NCBI RefSeq assembly: GCF_018977255.1
Contig: NW_024704746.1
Span: 32,736,001 to 32,800,000, forward strand
Direction: 5' to 3'
DNA: 64,000 nucleotides
Source: Callorhinchus milii
Lineage: Eukaryota
The position numbers and the translations under genes were made by a program. The notes under the pieces were generated by a model. It was not told the DNA's origin, ran no database searches, and saw only the letters and a program-made list of their open reading frames with translations. Position 1 is the stretch's first letter. Each line of letters begins with the position of its first letter. Below, in pieces: positions 43,120 through 64,000 of the stretch.

Positions 43120-43740
43120 GAGCTGAGGCTGGAGCGGCCGCGGGGTGTCGCTGTCGCGGGAGCGGTTGGGGGTGAGGGTGGCGATGGCGCTGTTGGGGCA
43201 GACGGTGCTGGCGGCCTGTGTGTTTGTGGGGGTGTTGGTGCTGATCCCCAGGATGGCTGTGGGGCCGCGCGGAGGAGGGACAGGGACGAGGCCGAGGACG
43301 GCGGGACCCGGGCCGAGGCCGCCAGGTACAGCCCCGGGGACAGAGAGCCGCCTCCGCCCTTCACCCCCGCGGAGGCCGAGGCTCTCCTGTCCACACTAGG
43401 CCGCTCGGCCCTGAACTAATAATAATAACAACAATAATAATAATAATAATCCTCGTGTGAGGTGTTAAGCGCCTTCTCACGTCGTGGAGACGTCCCCCAA
43501 AGCGCTTCACAGGAAAGGCCGTAAAGTTGGCGTGAAGGGGCCCCTCCATAAATACAAGTAGTTGCTGTCGTCGTCGTTGTCGTCGTCGCGACGCCTCGAA
43601 GCGCTTCGCGGGACACAACGCCGCGATGCGCTCTCGCCCGCGAGAGGGTCGCGGCCGCCCCCCCCTTCGAGTGGGGTAACGTCTCGTCAGCCGGAGTCTG
43701 ACCAGTGCTGTTCATGAGTACACTGGGGTTTAGCGGGTGA
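43120..43740 (+). promoter_or_regulatory. CpG island over RIC3-like exon 1, divergent from GLIPR1-B
   Basis: GC- and CpG-rich sequence spanning the first exon and the start of intron 1. Confidence 0.65.
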
Positions 43741-43775
43741 GGCCAGCGGTTACATCACCCCCACCCCCACCCCAC

Positions 43776-43807
<32 letters not shown>

Positions 43808-46800
43808 CCTCGCATTTGATATAGCGCTTTTCACGTCAGGAGGACGTCCCAAAGCGCTTCACAGAACACACTGTCAAGTGAATCGACTGTATATTTGTGG
43901 GCGAACGCGGCAGCCAATTGCGCACAACAATGTCCCACAAACAGTCGTAGATTGAAAATGACCAATTTATTATTGTTTTTGGTTTTGGAGGGATTATTAT
44001 TAGGCTCTGTGTGGAGTAAGGAAACTTGCTCAAAGTTTCGCCCTCTGCCTGGAATTGAACTCAGGTCTCTCACTTGCAAAGCGAGTGCTCTAACCACTGA
44101 GCTACAAATACTTCTCCCCAATACGCAGTCTGGGCTCGATGTCGCCCCTGGGTATTGGCAAAATGCGCTTACAAATTCTCCAGGATCAGGTTTTCCAGGG
44201 TGCGCTCTTCTCCAGAGAATGATCACTCCCATCACCAGACAAATGGAAACCCATACACATGTGGTGCGCACTTCAGTTTGGTTTGGGGGAACCCCCTCGA
44301 GCATTCGCGGCGGCATATCCCATCGAATGACCCCCAAAATTGTCTGGTAACCATTTGAGCTGCCCAGGGTGCGCAAAGCTGTGGGTCCGATTTCCATCAG
44401 ATAATTATTAGTTCCAATTTCCTTGTCTCAAAACATTATTATATTCGACTATATACAGAATGATACATTTCCAGCCTTTCCAGTACACCTTTGGTGCATT
44501 GCACATCCTACATTTCAGTGTATTCTGCTGTCTCAAATCAATATTTTATATCGGGCGTAAACAAAATGTTGTCAACTTTTTTTCTAACTTAAAAACTTTT
44601 AATCTAGATTTACTGAAGTAATGAGGAAAATCAGTAGTAATTGAATGTATGGATTTCTGTATAAGTACAGTATTTTCCAACCTGTCTCCTTAACCTATTG
44701 TTATCCTGACCCTTGTGAAATTGACTTAAACAGTTCCTTTTCATGTAAATAAACTTTGCAAAAGTTACAAACTCAATATGACATGTGCAAGTACTAATTG
44801 TGTTGCAAATCTCTCTTGTAAAGTTTTACTGCAGCTTCAGTTTGTTGAGGAAGTTGGAGCTAATTCAAGCATTTATGGAGCTATGTCACTTCATGTGATA
44901 TTTTAAAATATTAATACACAAACCTAGACATAAAAAATTTGCCTTTAAACATTTCCAAAACTAATTGCCCATTTTTGCATTACATTTAAATAGGAATTAA
45001 ATAATTGAGAATAATGTGGAGGACCGACATAATTCAAAGTACTGTACTGTAAATTCCAACTCTTTGTTTCTTTCTCTGATTTCTTGCTACACCTATTGTC
45101 TGTAATTGCTTTTCCTTACTTCTCCTTTTCTGTACCAAACTTGCATTTTGTTTTATTTTAGGCTTCATTTTCTCTGGCTAAAGCTCAAGTAACAGTCTTG
45201 GTGGTGAGTGAAAAGTTAAACAAGCTTGTGAAAAAAAAGTAACCATTGGTTGTAACTTTCAAAAAGCTTTTAACCATTGATAATAGGTCAATTCCTGATT
45301 GATTTTACATTTTAACAATTTCCAAAATGTCTTATTGCACACCATTTACCACTGGGAGGGGGGGTCAATGATGGCCATTTGCATTGTCGTAAAATATATA
45401 TGAATTACATGACTACTTCTTGTGCATCAAGTCAATTTCACTGGGACTATGATTATTTCCTCTGCTTTTATTTATGTATTTATACATATGCTTAACCTGC
45501 CACTCTGAATAATTCAGTACTGAGTCCTTTTCCCTTGGAGTGATGCGTTATCAGGACTTTACTGCATTAGCTTACACAGACTTGTGTTCAGTGATTGCTA
45601 GTTCTGGTTGCACCTTAGGTCAGTTCCTTTTCACATTGAAACAATTTATTTTTTAGGTTCTGGAAGAGGCCAGCCATTGAGCACACATTTTCAGAACAAC
45701 CCCTTAACATCACCTCATCATGGGATGCAGCAGATGAGAAGTGCAATTGAAAAGGAGATGAACAGAAACAAGATTAGAGGAGGAAACAAAGGATATGTTT
45801 TTCAGATGATGCCACTATATGCAATAGGAATAGGTGTTTATGTCATTTACAAACTTGTACAGGTAAGCAATATTACTTAGCATGCAGTTTACTTGCGGAT
45901 GACACCCAACTCTACCTTTCCTCCTCTACTCTCAACTCCACGACCACCGATGTCCTGACAGCTGCCTGTCTGACATCGAATCTTGGACGAGAGACAACTT
46001 TCTTCAGCTCAACGTGCGAAAAACCGAGGCCCTCCTGATTGGCTCACGTCAGCGCCTCCGCACCTCAGGCGCCGACACCATCAGCATCCAAGGCTGCACT
46101 CTCCACCTCTCAAAGCCAGTCAGGAACCTCGGCGTTTTGTTCGACCCTGAGCTGTCCTTTCTCCCTCACATCCGCACCACAACTGGCACCGCCTTCCATC
46201 ACCTCCGGAACATCGCCAGACTACGGCACTACCTCACCCCTCACGCTGCTGAAACCCTGGTCCACGCCTTTGTCACCTCAAGGCTGGACTATGGGAACTC
46301 TCTCCTCGCCGGCCTTCCCGCCACCTCCCTCCACAAGCTGCAGGTCATTCAGAACTCTGCAGCTCGTGTACTGTCCCGCACCAGGCTTCGGGACCACATC
46401 ACACCCACCCTCGCTCGCCTCCACTGGCTCCCCATCCCCCAGAGGATTGATTTCAAGATCCTCATCCTCACCTATAAGGCCATTCACGGCCTCGCTCCCT
46501 CCTACCTCTCTGACCTACTATCCCCCTACCTACCTGCCCGTACCCTCCGTTCCTCTGGCTCCAGTCTGCTCCACGTCCCCCGCCCCAATCGCCCTACCAT
46601 CGGTGGTCGGGCCTTCAGCCTCTCAGCCCCGAGGCTCTGGAACTCTATCCCCCAGTGCCTTCGCCGCTTCCTCCTTCAAGGCCGGTCTCAAAACCTTTCT
46701 CTTTGACCGAGCCTTCAGCTCCCCTCTCGACTCTCTTCCCCCTCCTCGCTCCCTCCCTTCCCTCCCCTCACCCTGACCATTTCCCCCCTCCTCGCTCCCT

Positions 46801-49800
46801 CCCTTCCCTCCCCTCACCCTGACCATTTCCCCCCCTGCTCGGGTCCTGACCCAACTGTACAGCGCCTTGGGACGTCCTCCTGACGTGAAAGGCGCTTTAT
46901 AAATGGAATCTTGTTGTTGTTGTTGTTGTACTTATCGTGGCACAATATTATATTATAATTGAAATGTTAAAAAATTTTAACAAAGTATTAACAATCACAT
47001 AAACGTAGTTGGGATCATGGCAAATACCTAAACGTGTTATGCTATATTAACATATTTACAGTTTTTAAATGTTTTGGGGCTATTTATTTTTCAATGTAAC
47101 CAAACTTAATTGGTCCATCATTCAACAGTGAAACGTGATGCATACTTGAGGGAAGAGTGGTGAAGGCAGGCTTGTGTGGAGTATAAATACGGATCGATTA
47201 GTTGGGTTGAGTGGCCTGTTTCTGTGATGTACAGTCAATTCACATTACAGTATATTCTGTGAAGCACTTTGAGATGTCTCAAAGACGTGATAAAGCGCTA
47301 TATCAAATGCAATATTTCTATTATTATTCTATTAGAATCAAAAATCATGTACCAGTGAAGTTACAAAAGTAGGAAGATGTTCCTAGAAAAATATTTTCAA
47401 TGAGACTTACCTCTGGAGAATTCAGTTATTAAACTATTGCACTTAAACCAAACAATCTATATTTTACATAGAGCATTAGCCCACAATTTAGCTTTACTGG
47501 AATAATTGTGTGACTTCCATAGAGAGGAGAAATAACATCCGGGTTAGTCTGTAGTTTTGATGGAGCTTTCTAAACTTCTCAGATTATTATTGATAAGGTA
47601 TATTCTGTATTTTCAGGTAAAATCCAAAGAAAATGAAAAACTATCCCAAAAGAAAAATAAAATTGATAAAAAGAAGATTGATACAGGTATTTCGTTTTTT
47701 TAAAAAAAGATTTTTTGTTTTATTTTCACATGGCGCTACTTTCAAAGTACACACAGGATTTCAAATGGAATGTACAATGCTTAATTAATTAGTGGAGTCC
47801 TGTAGCTCAGTGGTTAGAGCACTCGCTTTGCAAACGAGAGACCTGAGTTCAATTCCAGGCAGAGGTTGAAACCCTGGGCAAGTTTCCTTACTCCACACAG
47901 AGCCTAATAATAATCCCTCCAAAACCAAAACAATAATAAATTGGTCATTTTCAATCTATGACTATTTGTGGGACATTGCTGTGCGCAATTGGCTGCCGCG
48001 TTCACCCACAAATATACAGTCAAATTCACTTTACAGTGTGTTCTGTGAAGCGCTTTGGGACGACCTCCCGACATGAAAAGCGCTATACCAAATGCAAGGA
48101 TTATTATTATTAATAGATTGGGCTTTGTTTTGACCTAGAGTATCAGCTTTCTGAACTAGAGCTCCGTTTGGCCCAGACTGAGAAGATGCTAGATTCATTG
48201 GTGAAAGAATTGGATCCATTGGCCAGTTGGTAAGGAATTTATGCTGTGATATTGTAGTCTACTGAAGTATTTGTTTATGATGTGACATTTTATTTAGCAA
48301 ATATGCGAGGGTTTGTTCCCCTCATTCTTCCTACCTTCCGCAGGAATTCTTAGTTGAAAGAATGGTTTTGTCCACTTCTTAATATCTACATAATTCATTG
48401 AATGGCAGTCTTGACTGACCTGCTAGGAAGAGTGTTTTAAATAATACGAGATGAGACAACCCTTTGTAAATGCTGAGCCAATCGTAAGTCTAGAAGATGT
48501 GAAAAGCGCTATATCAAATGCAAGGATTATTATTATTATTACGTTACACAATCTATCTATGATGATCCACTGTCCATGCTTTCTTTTGTTTAACTTTGCT
48601 AAAATACTTATTAAATTGCATTTTTTTCACAAAATGCAACACTGTTATAAAATTGCTTTAATTTAAAAAAATGCTCCATACAAAAAAAATCAAAATACTA
48701 TTTGGAGTCCAGCTTGTTCAAAATTAAACATCGAAATGAAAGGTCTTTATTTGTAATAATAATAATAATCCTTGCATTTGATATTTGTACCTGTTTAAAA
48801 ACAATGTAATACCTGAAATACAGGAAAACTCTGATATTTAGCCCCTAGGATAAATAGTCAACCCCACATAACTAGTCACTTACTCAATATCCTGACTATT
48901 CGAGTACTTTGTACTTTTGAGATACTATTCTTTGGATAAGTAGTAATTTGAGCTATTTCTATTGGGGTGATGAGTTAGCGAGTTTCACTGTAGTTGTTCA
49001 ATTCTTAATAGATCTTGGATTGAGCACTAGCTAGCATGGGCATATAAAAATAGGAATCAAATGATTGTCGCATTGCATTTGACTTTTTCCAACCCCCTCT
49101 GTGATTTTTTTCTTTGTTTTCACTATAGTGTTGATGCTGTAGCCACTGAGCAGACAAGTGAGATTATGACACAACTTCAGCAAATCAGACACCTGATGAA
49201 AGAGAGAGAGACACCTACATTTGAAGGTAAAATGATTATTATGAGTGGAATGAAGTATTCAGTTGGAAAAACATTGAATTATATTAAAGCACATCTCCAA
49301 CTCGAGGTATGATTATGGTCAAGTGCCATTTTATAAATATTTATGTCAGACACAATGCACCATTACCAAAACAGGTTATGGTTTGACTTTAATTGTTTGT
49401 AATGCGTGAGCATATTTCTCCATGCAAACGAAGGGACACTTTGAAAATGTTTACTTATGTTTAAGTAAATTTTGGCAATATCTTTTAAGGAAGAAAAAGA
49501 CTTCCTTAAGTAAATTTTGGCAATATCTTTTAAGGAAGAAAAAGACTTCCAGAATTGCAGCAAAAAAAAGCTTCTTGTGGATTCTTGTAATCTATTTTAT
49601 ATTGAAATCAGCCTATTCATAAATAAAACATTGCCTTTCCTTTTTCAATTTCATCTTAACAGACTGTTGGTTTTTTTTTGTAAGGAGGTGAGATTTGTTC
49701 TCGGTAGTCAGATATTAGTGCTAGAAAATAGAACATTTAATAATTTGGGGAACTCCACATGAAATACATTCAGATCATGCTATTGTAGCATATCCTGTTT

Positions 49801-50945
49801 GTGAACGGAACACATGTGTTAAAGCTCACTACATTGCAGAGTGAGTTAGAGCTACAAGAGGATGAGGCAATGTCTGGTGAAGTGACTGCTACAAACAAAC
49901 AAATTACACTTGTATAGCGCCCTTCACGTCAGAAAGATGTTCCAGGGCCCTGGACAATCGGGTTTTGGATCCGAGTTGAATCAGAAGGGGAGGAAGGCAG
50001 ATGGGGTGGGAAAGTGGCCGAAGACACGATGGACAAGAAAGGTCTTCAGACGGGACTTGAAGGAGGCAAAAGGGGGTGAGACGGATAAATTCCATGTAAT
50101 ACTGAAACTTGTCATAATATCTCAACAAATGTGAATGAGATAAACTCAGGTTGAGAACTATGTTGGGGAAATGCCAGAAACCTTTGGACCATAGGTAGAT
50201 ACAGAGTAAGACTCTGTAATGTGTCTATTCACAGCCTCAAAAGAGAACCCTGTACACATGCTGCTGTAACCATAGTACAGTATCGTATGCTGGTATTTAT
50301 CGTAAGTGCCACAGACTGCTTATAGTCTAAATATGTGAAGTCTGTATATCCTGTTGGTGAAACAGGAACAAATGTGTTAAAGTTCACAACATTGAAAGGC
50401 AATGTACCTTTCACCTAGAATAGAGTTTTTGATGAATACTCTATTTGGTCGCTCTTGCCTCAGCTATGTAGATATGTACGAATCGCATTTCGATCCTTAA
50501 TTCTCGATCTGTGTCAAAATGCCAAGTCTGAGTTTCGAGCCTGTAATCAATCCAAAATGTTTTCACCAAATTAAGTTTTTTAGTTTTTCGTTTCATGGAT
50601 ATTTATATTAAGGATTTTGTCTGTACTTTACATTTAAGATTCTACCTCCACCCGGGAAGGACGGATTCATTTGTTTGAGAATGTACAGGAACGAGAGGGG
50701 ATAAAATGCAATGGATGAAAGATCAGGCCATTGCAGAGAGTGAGGAAGAGCTACAAGAGGATGAGACACTGACTATAGAAGTGACTCCTCCAACATTTCA
50801 CAGCAATACTGAAACTTGTCACAATAACTCAGCACATGTCAGTGAGATAAATTCAGAAGCCGTAACCTGTGTTGGGGATATGCCAGAAATCTTTGGACCA
50901 ATGAGATTGAGAAAACGCAACAAAATGAATGAGTATGGAAAATGA
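43184..50945 (+). CDS. RIC3-like protein (RIC-3 family, nicotinic/5-HT3 receptor chaperone-like), ~287 aa, 6 exons
   Basis: Exons 43184-43325 (hydrophobic N-terminus ending LIPRM, then a Pro/Gly-rich linker), 45657-45862 (TM FQMMPLYAIGIGVYVIYKLV, compare the RIC3 IPxYxxGIxxYxLY motif), 47617-47686, 48139-48229 (coiled coil EYQLSELELRLAQTEKMLDSL), 49129-49226, and 50689-50945 (acidic, ends LRKRN as in RIC3). The acceptor of the last exon is inferred from frame. Confidence 0.82.
43778..44107 (-). mobile_element. tRNA-derived SINE (short subfamily)
   Basis: Near-identical in reverse to 47793-48112, with an (AAT)n tail. Confidence 0.88.
45880..46928 (+). mobile_element. 5'-truncated L2-clade LINE (RT C-terminal part plus 3' UTR and (TTG)n tail)
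   Basis: ADDTQLYLS at ~45895. ORF 46014-46706 has KTEALLIG, VRNLGV.FD..LSF, SRLDYGNSLL.G, LHWLPI.QRI.FK and LWNS.P motifs. The element ends in (TTG)n and is flanked by a candidate TSD, TACTTA (45874-45879 and 46929-46934). Confidence 0.93.
47793..48112 (+). mobile_element. tRNA-derived SINE (short subfamily)
   Basis: Head GGAGTCCTGTAGCTCAGTGGTTAGAGCACTCGCTTTGCAAACGAGAGACCTGAGTTCAATTCC, L2-like tail and (TTA)n. Confidence 0.88.
48821..48990. mobile_element. Tigger/pogo-like MITE relic
   Basis: TA|CAGGAAAACTC ... GAGTTTCACTG|TA forms imperfect terminal inverted repeats with TA flanks. Confidence 0.5.
49461..49550. repeat. Perfect 45-bp tandem duplication
   Basis: TTAAGTAAATTTTGGCAATATCTTTTAAGGAAGAAAAAGACTTCC occurs twice in a row. 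Confidence 0.9.
49832..50191 (+). pseudogene. Decayed duplicate of the RIC3-like terminal exon
   Basis: Aligns by eye to 50729-50900 (GAGCTACAAGAGGATGAG, AATACTGAAACTTGTCA, TGTTGGGGA.ATGCCAGAAA.CTTTGGACCA), with indels and an L2 insertion. Confidence 0.8.
49895..50086 (-). mobile_element. L2 LINE 3' fragment inserted into a duplicated exon copy
   Basis: The reverse complement matches the L2 tail at 63080-63288. Confidence 0.7.
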
Positions 50946-52055
50946 GTTTTAAGACCCTAATGAATGCTCTCCTAATATTCATACTTTATGTACTTGTCTG
51001 CCTATTGTGCTTGGTGTGAGTCATTTTGAAGAAATGTCCCTATTGCATGTGATTGATGGATTAATAGAAACCATTACATAATTGCCTCAAATACACTCAG
51101 GTCGGCCACAATTATAATTGTAACTTACATCTGAATGAAATGATAGAATTACAGTGTAAATTCATATAGAAATGTATCCCTATTTATTCATTGTACAGTA
51201 TTAATGAGGTTGGTCTTTCTACATTAAAAACTGCCTTTGAGAACAACAAACATGTAGCTGTGTCATTTTGAGACATCTGAATTTAATTTCGAATACACAT
51301 GCATTTCATTTTCCATCTGTCAGATGTTTCATGTCTTGAAAACGACAGTTTGCAATGCAAACAAGACTTGTGTAATCCATGGGTATCATTCAAGGCTTTT
51401 CGATTAAGACATTTCTGAACCCTGCTGAGTGGATTCTTCCAGTATTTAATGGTATAAAATGTTGACTGTAGATGTTTAAGCAACCCATGCACTTACATAC
51501 AGCTGAGGCAATTGAGCCCTCTCCTCGTCGTCTTATCACAAAGGTAAGGTAATAATGAGATTGTTGTTAGCCACATAAAGCAATGCCGCAAAATTAACTC
51601 AAAAGCTGAAAGCATTTTATTGGAAGTACTATGCAATGAAAAACATATTCTGTGAAGCGCTTTTGAGACGTCTCGAAGATGTGATGAGGATTACTATTAT
51701 TATTATTGCAAGGATTGCTGTTGTTGTTATTTACGATTTCCAAAGTACGACTCGCGCAAAGAAGAAATGGGGCTCGGGTGCGTGTACGACTCGGGGGGTG
51801 GGGGGGGGGGATTGCAAGAGAGATAAAAGCCCAGACCGGGGGCTGAGTTTCACTGTGGACGTGGTGTGGACACTGGACAGACAGGACAGGACCAGACAGG
51901 ACAGCTGTGGGTGGTGTGTCTACAGGTGGTGGGTCAGCTGCACGATACTGCGCGTGCGCGGCGGCGGCGGCGGCGGCCGGTTGCCAGAGCAACGCGGTGC
52001 GTGAGGCCTACGGAAGGATAAAGCCTCACGTTAATGGCCCCGCCGGTGCTCGCGA

Positions 52056-63466
<11,411 letters not shown>

Positions 63467-64000
63467 GTAATAAATGAATATACAACTTTTGATGTACAGT
63501 TTCTATCATACTTTCATATTTTATTTTTGGATATACGAGAATGGTATTTTCTATCTGCGTACATTTGAGTCCTATAATCCAGAATATCTTTATACCATGA
63601 GTTTCATCTGAGTTGGTTTGACCATCAATAAAATGTTTTTTTTTTAATTTTGAATTGCTTTGAATCTTAACCAAAAATAATTGAGATAACAGTGGCTATA
63701 AATTAGAATTCCAGATAATAATTTCAATGCTAATTATGCAATAATTGGGGCCAGAATATGATGCATGATTTGTGGAGTGGAAAAAATATGTTGCTGTTAG
63801 AACAATAGAAACTTGCAGATCAGAAGAAACCCATTTGGCCCTTCTTGTCGGTGTTAGCTCTTGAAAGAGAAATCCATTCATTTAATCTCATTTACCAGTA
63901 TTTTCCCCACACAAGTGGTTGCTTAACACACGTCTATCTGGTTTCCCTTTGAAAGCTAGTATGGATTCTGCATCAACCATAGCTCCTGGCAGGGTATCCA

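Noticed and set aside
42126-43419. 422-aa Ser/Leu/Pro ORF and Glu/Arg/Gly ORFs
   Set aside because: GA-repeat artefacts. Only 43184-43325 behaves as a coding exon.
43831-44397. ORFs of 150-190 aa overlapping SINEs (also 37193-37792 and 52703-53327)
   Set aside because: Chance open frames in SINE or CpG-island sequence with no recognisable domain.
47793-47865. Apparent tRNA gene (also at ~3002, ~44040-44107 and ~52709)
   Set aside because: Each tRNA-like head continues into a SINE body and tail, and no proper acceptor stem closes.

Overview
Vertebrate genomic DNA with spliced genes and assembly gaps. It is probably from a cartilaginous fish: the repeats are tRNA-headed SINEs with L2-type tails, Deu-domain SINE relics and CR1/L2 LINE fragments. 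Six intron-containing genes were reconstructed by hand from splice sites and exon phase. (1) A 16-exon uromodulin-like membrane protein on + (signal peptide, about 5 FN3-like repeats, SEA, Ca-EGF, ZP, TM). (2) KRR1 (+). (3, 4) Two tandem GLIPR1-like CAP-superfamily genes (-). (5) A RIC3-like gene (+). (6) CAPS2 (+, runs off the window end). KRR1-GLIPR1s-CAPS2 is the conserved block at human 12q21. The FN3-SEA-EGF-ZP gene and the RIC3-like gene are not part of that human block as I recall it, and are the main novelty candidates. Other notable features: G-rich tandem arrays polarised to the sense strand at three gene 5' ends, SINE copies shifted AT-to-GC inside CpG islands, a decayed duplicate of the RIC3-like last exon, a CAP paralogue missing a tetrad His, a GC-AG intron, a 12-nt micro-exon and an RFX X-box at CAPS2. 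Most long ORFs in the supplied track are repeat artefacts.
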